NCBI GenBank assembly: GCA_041395785.1
Contig: JAWKZZ010000008.1
Span: forward strand, 1,471-65,470
DNA length: 64,000 nucleotides
Origin: Pseudomonadales bacterium
GTDB lineage: Bacteria > Pseudomonadota > Gammaproteobacteria > Pseudomonadales > UBA7239
Reading direction: 5' to 3'
In this document: one piece after another, positions 38,890-48,888 of the stretch
How the letters are laid out: every line of letters begins with the position of its first letter
Position numbering within the stretch: the first letter of the stretch is position 1
Program-made: the position numbers and the translations under genes
Notes under the pieces: generated by a model
Seen by the model: the letters and a program-made list of their open reading frames with translations, nothing else
What the model was told of the DNA's origin: nothing
Databases searched by the model: none

Positions 38890-41179
38890 ATGCTCAATGC
38901 ACTGAGAAAACTGGTACAGGAAGTCAACGCAGCCACCCACTTGGAGGAGGCCTTGTCATTGATTGTGCGTCGCGTGCGCACCGAGATGGCAACACAGGTC
39001 TGCTCCATTTATCTGCTCGACACCGACAGCCAGCGCTACATCCTGATGGCTACCGAAGGTTTGAATCAGGATGCCAGGGCAAAGTCAGTTTGGCAGTTGG
39101 CGAAGGTTTGGTTGGCTTGGCGGCTAAACGCGAAGAGCCGATCAACTTGGATGATGCTGAATCACATCCACAATACCGCTATTTTCCAGAAACGGGCGAA
39201 GAGCGCTTCGCTCCTTTCTCGGCACGCCGATCATCCACCACGGCAAAGTGACCGGCGTATTGGTCGTACAGCAAATCGAAGAACGACACTTTGACGAATC
39301 GGAGGAATCTTTCCTCGTCACACTCTCGGCGCAGTTGGCGGCCATCATCGCGCACGCTGAGGCGACGCGCTCGCTCGACCCACCCAGCCGCCTGCACGGC
39401 TATAAATCCCCAGAAGCCAATTTCAAAGGGATATCCGCCGTACAAGGCGTGGCACTGGGTGAGGTGGTGGTGGTCTATCCGCCCGCCGACCTCAATGGTA
39501 TCCCCATCGAGAAAACGGACGACATTGATGCTGAACTGATACTGCTCAATGCCGCACTGCAACGCGTGCGCCAGGATATGCAGCAATTGTCGAGCAGCTG
39601 CAAAACCGCTTGCGCGAGGAAGAGCGCGCTGTTTGCCGTCTATCTCGGCATGCTGACTGACAGTGCCTTAGGCGGCGAAATCAGTGCACTTATTCGCACT
39701 GACGCCCTACAAGCACGATCTGCACTGGCCAGCGTCATCCGTGAACACATACGCACTTTTGAAGACATGGAAGACGCTTACTTACGCGAACGCGCCACCG
39801 ATGTGCGCGACCTAGGTTTGCGCGTGTTGGCAGCCATGAACCTACAAAACCAGGACAACAAACGCACCGTATATCCGGCAAGAACCATTTTAGTAGCCGA
39901 AGAACTCAGCGCCTCCATGCTCGGTGAAGTGCCCGAAGGGCAGCTTGTCGGCTTGATCTCAGTGCGCGGCTCCAGCGCCTCACACGCTGCTATCCTCGCG
40001 CGCGCCATGGGCATCCCCACCGTGGTCGGTGTCACCAATCTGCCTTTCCAGCAACTGAATGGCCGCCACATTGTGCTCGACGGCTATCGTGGCAAGGTGT
40101 ACACCAACCCCTCCAAATTATTGCGCCGTCACTTTGAAAGTATTTGGCGCGAAGAACAGCAACTCTCACGCGACTACCACGCGCTGACACCACTGCCTTG
40201 CGAAACCAAAGATGGACAACGACTTCCTCTGTGGGCCAACACCGGCATGATGACCGATGTGGTGCGCTCACTGGACCGCGGCGCAGAAGGCGTCGGTCTC
40301 TACCGCACCGAAGTCGCTTTTTTGTTGCGCGACCGCTTCCCCAGTGAAGAAGAACAGCGCAGCTTGTATCGCGAACAGTTAAGCGCCTTTGCCCCCAACC
40401 CCGTCACCATGCGCACACTGGACATCGGCGGCGACAAATCCCTACCCTACTTTCCCATCCGCGAAGACAACCCGTTTCTCGGCTGGCGCGGGATTCGCGT
40501 ATCACTCGATCACCCTGAGATTTTCTTGGTGCAAGTGCGCGCGATGTTGAAAGCCAGTGAAGGCGTCAACAATCTGCGCATCATGTTGCCAATGATCACC
40601 AGCACCGCAGAATTGGATCAAGCTTTGCAATTAATTTATCGCGCGCGGCAAGAACTGCTGGAAGAAGGGCACGACATTCATCTGCCGCAAATCGGCGCGA
40701 TGATCGAAGTACCGGCTGCACTTTACCAAGTGCGCGAATTGGCACGCCGCACAGATTTCCTCTCAGTAGGCACTAACGATTTAACGCAATATTTGCTAGC
40801 GGTTGATCGCAATAACGCGCGCGTAGCAGGTCTTTACAGCCATTTGCACCCCGCCGTTTTGCAGGCGCTAGCTCATATTGCCAACGACGCGCACGCCGAA
40901 GGAAAAACGGTCAGCGTCTGCGGTGAAATGGCGGGCGATCCCTGCGCCGCCGTGTTGTTGATGGCGATGGGTTACGATGCGCTGTCCATGAATGCCAACA
41001 ATTTGCCGAAAATAAAATCTGTCATTCGCAATTTGCACCTGACAGATGCAAAAAAATTATTGTCAGAAGTATTGGCGATGAACGATGTGCGCTCCATCAG
41101 CAAACACGCCAACAGCACACTAGCGCGCTGGGGGGTTAGCAAACGCCTCTTGCACGCCGAGACAGAAGAAGACGCCTAA
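38890..41179 (+). CDS. ptsP: phosphoenolpyruvate-protein phosphotransferase PtsP (EI-Ntr), two single-nt frameshifts in the GAF domain as written
   Basis: The GAF N-terminus MLNALRKLVQEVN..YLLDTDSQRYILMATEGLNQDA switches frame at ~39075-39079 to GKVSLAVGEGLVGLAAKREEPINLDDAESHPQYRYFPETGEERFA. It switches again at ~39209-39216 to LGTPIIHHGKVTGVLVVQQ... The EI domain is then intact (GSSASHAAILARAMGIPTVVG, FLSVGTNDLTQY) through 41179. Each switch is a -1 shift. Confidence 0.9.
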
Positions 41180-41218
41180 TTTTTTCTGCGCTAGCATTGA
41201 CTCACCATTGCGTAGCGG

Positions 41219-41255
41219 AAAAAATAAACCCCGCAGCGCGTCCAGCGTTGCGGGG
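41219..41255 (-). terminator. rho-independent terminator (minus strand)
   Basis: Stem ccccgcagcgc / gcgttgcgggg (41229-41255). The minus strand continues TTTATTTTTT (41228-41219). Confidence 0.8.
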
Positions 41256-41462
41256 TTCGGGGTCCATCTGTTAGATGTCTTCCTTGTGCTCTCAATAAGT
41301 ACCTGCCGCTAGCAGGTCGCATCCTTGAGCGCCCTTCTAGATCAGTCCAATGCTCCATGCTCCTTGACTGATCTTTCCCTTTCGCCGTTTTACCGGCTGT
41401 CCGTTCGATTAGCACCTCCGTGTGTGCTGTCGTCCGTGTGTTGCCATTCTTGCTAAAACCCC
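41219..41462 (-). ncRNA. Csr/Rsm-family sRNA (CsrB/RsmY/RsmZ-like)
   Basis: About 10 GGA motifs, several in predicted loops. Stem AGCAC/GUGCU has loop ACACGGAG. The 8-bp stem GAUCAGUC/GACUGAUC encloses AAGGAGCAUGGAGCAUUG. CAAGGAUG and CAAGGAAG are also present. GacA-type box upstream and terminator downstream. The 5' end is approximate. Confidence 0.7.
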
Positions 41463-41495
41463 CTTGTGCGTATAGTCGCCAATGTCTCCAATTCA

Positions 41496-41513
41496 TGTAC
41501 GCGATTTCTTACA
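41496..41513 (-). promoter_or_regulatory. GacA/UvrY-type upstream activating box
   Basis: The minus strand reads TGTAAGAAATCGCGTACA against the consensus TGTAAG-N6-CTTACA (one mismatch). A possible -10 CTATAC/TATACG lies at 41469-41475. Confidence 0.6.
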
Positions 41514-41599
41514 AAACGCGACTGCTGGTATCGAAAATCCCACGCAGGCTTGCGTGTACCATAGCGCCCTGTTCACGGATGCCACGCAACGATTCGCTC

Positions 41600-42970
41600 A
41601 TGTCAAAAAATAAAACAGCCTTTGTATGCAATGACTGCGGTGCCGATTACACCAAGTGGGCGGGGCAATGCACTGCCTGCGGCGGTTGGAACACACTAGC
41701 TGAGGTACGCCTCGGCAGCAGTAAAAAAAGCAGCGCCCCTGCGCGGCGCGACGGATTTGCTGGCGGCACTGGCGGCGGCATCCAGACGCTGGATCAAATC
41801 GCACTGCAAGAACAGGCGCGCATTCATACCGGCAGCGCCGAATTGGATCGCGTACTCGGTGGCGGTTTGGTCGCGGGTTCCGCTGTATTGATCGGCGGCA
41901 ATCCGGGTGCTGGCAAAAGTACGCTGTTGTTACAGCTACTGTGCCAATTGGCCGCCACACAAACCTGTTTGTATGTCACCGGCGAAGAATCCCTGCAGCA
42001 AGTGGCGATGCGCGCGCGGCGTTTAGGCTTGCCTGTCGACAAGCTGCACACCTTATCGGAAACCAGCATTGAATCGCTGTTAGCAGCAGCGGAATCGCTC
42101 TCACCCGCCGTGATGGTGGTGGACTCCATTCAGGTAATGCATTGGCCTGAGTTGGCTTCCGCGCCTGGTTCCGTGAGTCAGGTGCGCGAATGCGCAGCGC
42201 TATTGACACGCTTTGCCAAACAAACCGGCACAGCCTTGATTCTGGTGGGACATGTAACGAAAGACGGCTCGCTCGCCGGCCCTAAAGTGTTGGAGCACAT
42301 GATCGATGCCTCCATCATGCTGGAAAGCACCGATGACTCTCGCTACCGCACACTGCGCAGTCACAAAAATCGCTTCGGCGCGGTCAATGAGCTCGGTGTG
42401 TTTGCCATGACAGAACAGGGCTTGCGCGAAGTAAATAACCCATCGGCAATTTTTTTGTCACGCAGCGATGAAGTTAGCAGCGGTTCGGTGGTGATGGTGG
42501 TATGGGAAGGCACACGCCCGCTGCTGGTAGAAATTCAGGCATTGGTGGATAGCAATGCGTATGGCAATCCACGGCGCGTGGCAGTTGGCTTGGATCAAAA
42601 TCGTTTGGCGATGTTGCTTGCTGTATTGCACCGCCACGGCGAGTTGATGCTGGGCGATCAAGATGTATTTGTGAATGTCGTGGGCGGTGTAAAAGTGAGC
42701 GAAACCAGTGCAGATCTCGCATCACTGTTGGCGATGGTTTCCAGCTTTCGCAATCGCCCACTGCCGCGAGACCTGGTAGTGTTTGGCGAAGTGGGTTTAT
42801 CGGGAGAGATCCGCCCAGTACCCAGCGGTCAAGAGCGCATTAAAGAAGCAGCCAAACACGGTTTTCGCAAAGCGATTGTTCCCGCATCCAACGCGCCGCG
42901 TGAAAAAATTGACGGCATGGAGGTTATTGGCGTTAAAAAACTAGCTGAGGCACTGGCTGCAGTGGAGTAA
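41600..42970 (+). CDS. radA: DNA repair protein RadA
   Basis: MSKNKTAFVCNDCGADYTKWAGQCTACGGWNT (zinc finger), Walker A GGNPGAGKST, KNRFG motif, Lon-like C-terminal domain. The track ORF start at 41420 is an upstream artefact. Confidence 0.93.
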   Translation: MSKNKTAFVCNDCGADYTKWAGQCTACGGWNTLAEVRLGSSKKSSAPARRDGFAGGTGGGIQTLDQIALQEQARIHTGSAELDRVLGGGLVAGSAVLIGGNPGAGKSTLLLQLLCQLAATQTCLYVTGEESLQQVAMRARRLGLPVDKLHTLSETSIESLLAAAESLSPAVMVVDSIQVMHWPELASAPGSVSQVRECAALLTRFAKQTGTALILVGHVTKDGSLAGPKVLEHMIDASIMLESTDDSRYRTLRSHKNRFGAVNELGVFAMTEQGLREVNNPSAIFLSRSDEVSSGSVVMVVWEGTRPLLVEIQALVDSNAYGNPRRVAVGLDQNRLAMLLAVLHRHGELMLGDQDVFVNVVGGVKVSETSADLASLLAMVSSFRNRPLPRDLVVFGEVGLSGEIRPVPSGQERIKEAAKHGFRKAIVPASNAPREKIDGMEVIGVKKLAEALAAVE

Positions 42971-42977
42971 CAAGAAA

Positions 42978-44540
42978 TCAGAACGACGATGACTTCGTGC
43001 GATACAAAGACACGCAGTTGCGGCCGTGCTCTTTACTTTCATACAAAGCCTGATCCGCCATTTCAATTAAATCACCGTAATGCAGCGCCTCTTCTGGCAC
43101 TACGCACGCTACCCCGATACTGACCGTCACCACGCCAAAATTAGAATTAGCCGCGTGTTCAATACCCAGCTCCTGCACAGACAGCCTACATTTTTCTGCC
43201 ACTTCACGAGCCGCCTCTAAAGTGGTTTCCGGCAAAATAATGGCAAACTCTTCACCACCGTAACGCGCCACCATATCACCTGGGCGATGTACACCTTTCT
43301 GCAGCGCCTGCGCCACATCGTGCAAGCAGCGATCGCCGCGCACATGGCCGTAAATATCATTGTATTTTTTGAAATTATCCACATCACAAAGAATGATTGT
43401 GAGTGGACGAAAAAAACGCTGTGCGCGCGGCCATTCTTTATGCATCACCTCAAAGAAACGGCGGCGATTGGGAATGCGCGTTAAACCGTCAATCAGCGCT
43501 GCGTCTTGCAACTCGTTATCCATGCGGCGCAGCACACGCAAATACGCTTCAATCATCAAAGAAAACAACAAAATACCAACGCCCAACATATAAGGGAACA
43601 ATGTACGCTGGCTACTGAAATAACTCTTAGATGGGGTGCCAACCAAAAACCACTGTAAATCTGCAATGGGAGATAACTGTCTTGAATAAACAAAACGCTC
43701 GTCATCAATAAGATCCGAGCCCACATGCTCAGATACACGAATTGACCCACCGCTCACCTGGCCAGAATTGTCATCCAAAGCAATATCGTTGGCCTCACTC
43801 CAATTCCACGCATTTTCCAAAACATCATTGAAAATAATGTCAATATCGTAAAGGCCGACAACAAAACCCTTAAGCGCTTTCTGACGATCTTCTTCACTCT
43901 CTGCGCTGTACGCATACAGAGGCAGCGAAATAAAATATAAATATTTTTGTTTACCATCTTCGGTAATTTTTAACGGCGCTGAAGCAATGGCCTGATCGTT
44001 CGATGTCGCCGTCTCCAACGCTGTACGCGTCACAATAGTAGATGCCAAGTCATAACCAACTGGCAGTTCTCTGCTGACTTCTGGCTCTGACATCATGATG
44101 GGGAAATACTCATCACTCACTGGAGAAAATGAGTAGCGATCCTTGCCTTCTTGCGACTCCGCCACATCCGTGATACCTGGAATAGCAAACTTATTTTTCA
44201 GCTCTGCCTCGAACGCTGGGCGATCATCATTCAACACGCGCGGCACCCACTTCATGCCATACACACCATCGTTGTATTCACGCGCATTGCGGCTAAATGT
44301 AGAAAATCCTCTTTCTTCGACCTGAGGAAATGCCTCATGAAAACTGCGAAAAGAATTCAAGACCGCAATATTTCTACCCAACTCTAGTTCCAAAGAGCTG
44401 GCAAACGCATCAACCTGCGAAGTGAATTCTTGAAAAATTTGCTGGCGTTCGTGTTTATACGACACCACAAATGATGTCACGGCCAGCGAAACGCCTAGCA
44501 ACAAATTTAAAACCCTTATGTATGTAAAGTGACTCAACAT
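42978..44540 (-). CDS. CHASE-domain sensor diguanylate cyclase (GGEEF, RxxD I-site)
   Basis: 520 aa. N-terminal TM, periplasmic CHASE-like region (WVPRV...RPAFE...YFPIMMSEP...GYDLAS), second TM, and GGDEF domain with RPGD-x5-GGEEF. Confidence 0.8.
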   Translation of the reverse strand: MLSHFTYIRVLNLLLGVSLAVTSFVVSYKHERQQIFQEFTSQVDAFASSLELELGRNIAVLNSFRSFHEAFPQVEERGFSTFSRNAREYNDGVYGMKWVPRVLNDDRPAFEAELKNKFAIPGITDVAESQEGKDRYSFSPVSDEYFPIMMSEPEVSRELPVGYDLASTIVTRTALETATSNDQAIASAPLKITEDGKQKYLYFISLPLYAYSAESEEDRQKALKGFVVGLYDIDIIFNDVLENAWNWSEANDIALDDNSGQVSGGSIRVSEHVGSDLIDDERFVYSRQLSPIADLQWFLVGTPSKSYFSSQRTLFPYMLGVGILLFSLMIEAYLRVLRRMDNELQDAALIDGLTRIPNRRRFFEVMHKEWPRAQRFFRPLTIILCDVDNFKKYNDIYGHVRGDRCLHDVAQALQKGVHRPGDMVARYGGEEFAIILPETTLEAAREVAEKCRLSVQELGIEHAANSNFGVVTVSIGVACVVPEEALHYGDLIEMADQALYESKEHGRNCVSLYRTKSSSF

Positions 44541-44678
44541 CTGCGCATCTTCCGTGCCTAGCCCTCACCCAAATATCCACCGCACCAACTGTTATTGTTT
44601 CTCTGCCTGCTGGAGCAAATGGTAGAATTGAGCCTGTAAGTTTTGTCGATAGTAGCAACCTCTCCGAGCAATAGCCAC

Positions 44679-45767
44679 ATGGCCGCCGTAATCCCCCAAA
44701 TTGAAACAGCCCTACAACACTGGACAGCGCCTTACCTACAAACCGACTTGGTTGCCGCCGGCTGTTTACGCCGTATCCGTGTCGATCAAAACATCGCATC
44801 TATTGAAGTGGAGTTTGGTTTTCCTCTTGCTGCACAACTGCGCAAATCCATCCAAAGCTCACTGCAACAGCATATTCAGCAGTCACAGCCTGAACTTACT
44901 CGTATTGATGTAGATATTCGCTGGCGCGTAGCCAATCATCTCAGCCACAGCAAAGCCGCTCCGATGCGCCGCGTGAGCAATTTGATCGCCGTCGCCTCCG
45001 GCAAAGGCGGCGTGGGCAAATCCACCACCGCCGTCAACTTGGCTCTAGCCTTGGCCGCCGAGGGTGCACGCGTGGGCCTACTGGATGCCGATATTTACGG
45101 CCCGAGCATTCCCGTAATGATGGGCATTGCACCTGATGCGCGACCCGACACCCGCGATCAAAAATATTTCGTCCCTATGCAGGCACACGGCGTGCAATTG
45201 ATGTCGATGGGTGTATTGGTGACTGAGCAAACGCCCATGGTGTGGCGCGGCCCGATGGCTAGCGGCGCATTGCAACAACTGCTCAACCAAACGCTGTGGG
45301 ATGATTTGGATTATCTGCTGATCGACATGCCGCCCGGTACCGGCGATATCCAACTGACGCTCTCGCAATCGGCACCTTTGACGGCTGCGGTTGTGGTGAC
45401 CACGCCGCAAGACATTGCGCTACTAGACGCACGCAAAGGCATTGAAGCATTTCGCAAAATTCATATCCCCGTGCTGGGCATCATCGAAAACATGAGCATG
45501 CACATTTGCAGTCAGTGCGGCCATGCCGAACACATTTTTGGCGAAGGCGGCGGCGAACGCATCGCGCAAGAATACGAAACCCCACTGCTGGGTTCGTTGC
45601 CGCTGGATCGCAGCATTCGCGAACAGGCGGGCAGCGGCTCGCCCACGGTGATCGCAGAACCTGCCGGCAAGCTGGCGGGGTATTACCGCGAGATTGCCCT
45701 AAATATGGCGGCACGGCTGTCACAACTGCCCGTCAGCAACAGCATCCCCGGCGTGGTGCAGAAGTGA
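44679..45767 (+). CDS. apbC: iron-sulfur cluster carrier protein ApbC/Mrp
   Basis: SGKGGVGKSTTAVNLALALA P-loop, CxxC (CSQCGH). I preferred ATG 44679 over TTG 44643. Confidence 0.9.
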   Translation: MAAVIPQIETALQHWTAPYLQTDLVAAGCLRRIRVDQNIASIEVEFGFPLAAQLRKSIQSSLQQHIQQSQPELTRIDVDIRWRVANHLSHSKAAPMRRVSNLIAVASGKGGVGKSTTAVNLALALAAEGARVGLLDADIYGPSIPVMMGIAPDARPDTRDQKYFVPMQAHGVQLMSMGVLVTEQTPMVWRGPMASGALQQLLNQTLWDDLDYLLIDMPPGTGDIQLTLSQSAPLTAAVVVTTPQDIALLDARKGIEAFRKIHIPVLGIIENMSMHICSQCGHAEHIFGEGGGERIAQEYETPLLGSLPLDRSIREQAGSGSPTVIAEPAGKLAGYYREIALNMAARLSQLPVSNSIPGVVQK

Positions 45768-45828
45768 AAACGAGTAAGCCACTGCTACAATTCCGCCGCT
45801 TTTTTACCCACCCGCACGAGACAACATC

Positions 45829-46365
45829 ATGAGCTATAACGACCTGCCCCCTGGCAAAGAACTCCCGCACGACATTTATGTGGCTATCGAAATTCCAGCC
45901 AACCACGCGCCGATCAAGTATGAAATCGACAAAGACAGCGACTGCCTGATGGTCGACCGCTTCATGGCGACGCCGATGTTCTACCCCACCAACTACGGCT
46001 ATATCCCAGGCACTTTGTCAGAAGACGGCGACGCGCTGGATGTGCTGGTAGTAACACCGTATCCCGTTACACCGGGCTCTGTGATTCGCGCACGCCCCAT
46101 CGGCATCCTGAATATGTCTGACGAAGCCGGCAAAGATGCCAAACTGCTCGCCGTGCCGCACAAAAAACTGTCGGCGCTGTACGACAATGTGAAAGAAATT
46201 TCTGATCTGCCACAACTGCTGATCAAACAGATCGAACATTTCTTTGAAAACTACAAAGATTTGGAGCCTGGCAAATGGGTGAAAGTCGACGGCTGGCAAG
46301 ACGCTAAAGCCGCAGAAGCAGAAATCCTCAAAGCTCGCGATGCTTATTTGAAAGAAAACGCTTAA
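45829..46365 (+). CDS. ppa: inorganic pyrophosphatase
   Basis: 178 aa. [19 protein letters not shown] signature. Confidence 0.95.
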   Translation: MSYNDLPPGKELPHDIYVAIEIPANHAPIKYEIDKDSDCLMVDRFMATPMFYPTNYGYIPGTLSEDGDALDVLVVTPYPVTPGSVIRARPIGILNMSDEAGKDAKLLAVPHKKLSALYDNVKEISDLPQLLIKQIEHFFENYKDLEPGKWVKVDGWQDAKAAEAEILKARDAYLKENA

Positions 46366-46385
46366 TTTTCTTTTGCATCAAGCAT

Positions 46386-46416
46386 AAAAAAGGCCGCTAT
46401 CTCAGCGGCCTTTTTT
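46386..46416. terminator. bidirectional rho-independent terminator between convergent ppa and fba
   Basis: ggccgct-atctc-agcggcc (46392-46410) flanked by A6 and T6. Confidence 0.8.
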
Positions 46417-46442
46417 ATTGCGTCAGCTTCCTGCTGCGAGCT

Positions 46443-47507
46443 TCATTTTACCTGCTGGTTTAATTCGCCTTTTGTATAGCGCTCGGTCATCACATCCAAT
46501 GACAACGGTTTGATTTTGCTCGCCTGACCTGCGGTGCCAAACGCTTCATAGCGTTGGATACACACATCGCGCATCGCGCCAACCGTTTCTTTCAAGTATT
46601 TGCGCGGATCAAACTCGGCAGGATTTTTTGCCATAAAGCGGCGAATAGCGCCTGTAGATGCCAAACGCAAATCGGTGTCGATATTCACTTTGCGCACGCC
46701 GTGTTTGATGGCTTCAACAATTTGCTCCACCGGCACACCGTAAGTTTCTTTGATGTCGCCGCCGTACTCGTTGATGATGGCGAGCCAATCTTGCGGCACT
46801 GACGAAGAACCGTGCATCACCAAATGTGTATTCGGGATGCGCGCGTGTATCGCTTTCACTTGTTCTATCGCCAAAATATCGCCCGTCGGTGGGCGCGTAA
46901 ATTTGTACGCACCGTGCGAGGTGCCAATTGCAATGGCCAATGCGTCCACACCAGTATCGCGCACAAAATTGGCTGCTTCTTCTGGATCGGTCAGCAGTTG
47001 CGAATGATCCAGCACGCCTTCGGCGCCGTGACCATCTTCTTCGCCCATCATGCCGGTTTCCAAAGAACCTAAGCAGCCGATTTCACCTTCTACCGACACG
47101 CCACATGCGTGTGCAAAATCGACCACTGTTTTGGTTACGCGCGCGTTGTAGGCGTAATCCATCGGGGTTTTGCCATCTTCACCCAAAGAGCCGTCCATCA
47201 TCACCGATGAAAAACCGAGCTGGATAGAACGCTGACACACAGCTGGGCTCACGCCGTGATCTTGGTGCATAACCACAGGAATATGTGGAAATTCTTCCAC
47301 CGCTGCCAAAATCAAATGGCGCAAAAAAGGAGCGCCGGCGTATTTGCGCGCGCCGGCAGACGCCTGCACGATTACCGGCGAATCGGTTTTATCGGCCGCT
47401 TCCATGATGGCGCGCATCTGCTCCAGGTTATTCACATTGAATGCAGGAACGCCGTAATTATTTTCTGCTGCGTGATCCAGCAACTGACGCAAACTTACCA
47501 AGGCCAT
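46443..47507 (-). CDS. fba: class II fructose-bisphosphate aldolase
   Basis: [30 protein letters not shown].., [23 protein letters not shown] 47507 with GGAG upstream. Confidence 0.93.
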   Translation of the reverse strand: MALVSLRQLLDHAAENNYGVPAFNVNNLEQMRAIMEAADKTDSPVIVQASAGARKYAGAPFLRHLILAAVEEFPHIPVVMHQDHGVSPAVCQRSIQLGFSSVMMDGSLGEDGKTPMDYAYNARVTKTVVDFAHACGVSVEGEIGCLGSLETGMMGEEDGHGAEGVLDHSQLLTDPEEAANFVRDTGVDALAIAIGTSHGAYKFTRPPTGDILAIEQVKAIHARIPNTHLVMHGSSSVPQDWLAIINEYGGDIKETYGVPVEQIVEAIKHGVRKVNIDTDLRLASTGAIRRFMAKNPAEFDPRKYLKETVGAMRDVCIQRYEAFGTAGQASKIKPLSLDVMTERYTKGELNQQVK

Positions 47508-47524
47508 AACCAATCTCCGTTAAA

Positions 47525-48739
47525 TTATTGTTTCGCGCGTTCACGCAGAATCGCCACCGCAGGCAGTTCTTTTCCTTCCACAAACTCCAGAAAAGCACCA
47601 CCGCCGGTAGATATATAAGAAATGTTTTCTGCGACACCGTATTTATCAATGGCCGCCAGCGTGTCGCCGCCGCCAGCAATAGAAAACGCGCTGCTGTTTG
47701 CAATCGCGCGCGACATCACTTCTGTGCCTTTGCCGTAAGCATCAACCTCGAACACACCGACAGGGCCATTCCACAACACGGTTTTGGCCGCGTTCAACAT
47801 ATCGGCAAATTGCTGCGCAGTTTGCGGGCCGATATCGAGAATCATATCGTTGTCGTTAATATCTGCTGCCGCTTTCACCACAGGTTTGCTATTAGCGACA
47901 AACGCCATAAAGTCATCGCCGATATGCGATGCGTCGGTCACCACCACATCCACTGGCAGTGGCACTTTCACTTTCGCAGCGATTTGTTTTGCGGTATCAA
48001 TCAAATCGTGTTCACACAGCGATTTCCCCACCTTGTACCCCGCTGCCGCGAGAAAGGTATTCGCAATACCGCCGCCCACAATCAACTGATCGCAAATGGT
48101 GGCCAGTGAATTCAATACATCTAATTTGGTTGACACTTTAGAGCCAGCAACAATCGCCACCATCGGTCGCGCCGGATTACCCAAGGCTTTGCCTAAAGCA
48201 TCTAACTCTGCGGCCAACAATGGGCCTGCGCAGGCCACTTCGGCAAACTTCGCCACGCCGTGTGTAGAGCCTTCTGCGCGGTGGGCGGTGCCAAAAGCAT
48301 CCATGACAAATACATCGCACAAGGCCGCATATTTTTGCGCCAATTCGTCGCTATTTTTCTTTTCACCTTTGTTGAAGCGCACATTTTCAAACAACACCAC
48401 TTCGCCCGCTTTTACTTCCACGCCGGCGAGGTAATCCTGCAGCAATGCCACTTCTTGCCCCAGCGCCTTACTGAGGTAATCCGCCACCGGCTGCATCGAA
48501 TTTTCTGCAGAAAACTCGCCCTCTGTCGGGCGGCCGAGATGCGAACACACCATCACCGCCGCGCCTTTTTGCAGCGCCAAACGAATCGTCGGCAGCGCGG
48601 CAATCAGACGCGCATCGGAAGTGATTTTGCCGTTTTTGACCGGCACATTGAGATCTTCACGGATCAACACGCGTTTACCGGCGAGATCTAACTCAGCCAT
48701 GGTGATAACAGATTGAGGGGTAGATGGGCTAGCCGACAC
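47525..48739 (-). CDS. pgk: phosphoglycerate kinase
   Basis: [25 protein letters not shown]-terminal [13 protein letters not shown] 48739 with GGGAG upstream (ATG 48700 is an alternative). Confidence 0.93.
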   Translation of the reverse strand: MSASPSTPQSVITMAELDLAGKRVLIREDLNVPVKNGKITSDARLIAALPTIRLALQKGAAVMVCSHLGRPTEGEFSAENSMQPVADYLSKALGQEVALLQDYLAGVEVKAGEVVLFENVRFNKGEKKNSDELAQKYAALCDVFVMDAFGTAHRAEGSTHGVAKFAEVACAGPLLAAELDALGKALGNPARPMVAIVAGSKVSTKLDVLNSLATICDQLIVGGGIANTFLAAAGYKVGKSLCEHDLIDTAKQIAAKVKVPLPVDVVVTDASHIGDDFMAFVANSKPVVKAAADINDNDMILDIGPQTAQQFADMLNAAKTVLWNGPVGVFEVDAYGKGTEVMSRAIANSSAFSIAGGGDTLAAIDKYGVAENISYISTGGGAFLEFVEGKELPAVAILRERAKQ

Positions 48740-48825
48740 GAACAGAACTCCCGTTGTTGTTAGTCAGAGGTTGTGGATCCGAGCGGGGCATTATAGCCAG
48801 TGGCCGCAAGTCGCCCAACAGACAC

Positions 48826-48860
48826 AAAAAAACCCTTTCTGGCGGGGGCGCCAGAAAGGG
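48826..48860 (-). terminator. rho-independent terminator after ftsZ
   Basis: 12-bp stem ccctttctggcg / cgccagaaaggg (48833-48860). The minus strand continues T7. Confidence 0.85.
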
Positions 48861-48888
48861 CTCGATGCTTTACGCAATGCAGTGCAGA

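Noticed and set aside
41191-41496. 101-aa minus-strand ORF in the ptsP-radA spacer
   Set aside because: It has no RBS and odd composition. The GGA-motif hairpins, GacA box and terminator explain the region as an Rsm/Csr sRNA.
41420-41599. 60-aa N-terminal extension of radA in the ORF track
   Set aside because: RadA begins with the zinc-finger segment MSKNKTAFVCNDCG at 41600. The extension overlaps the sRNA promoter region.
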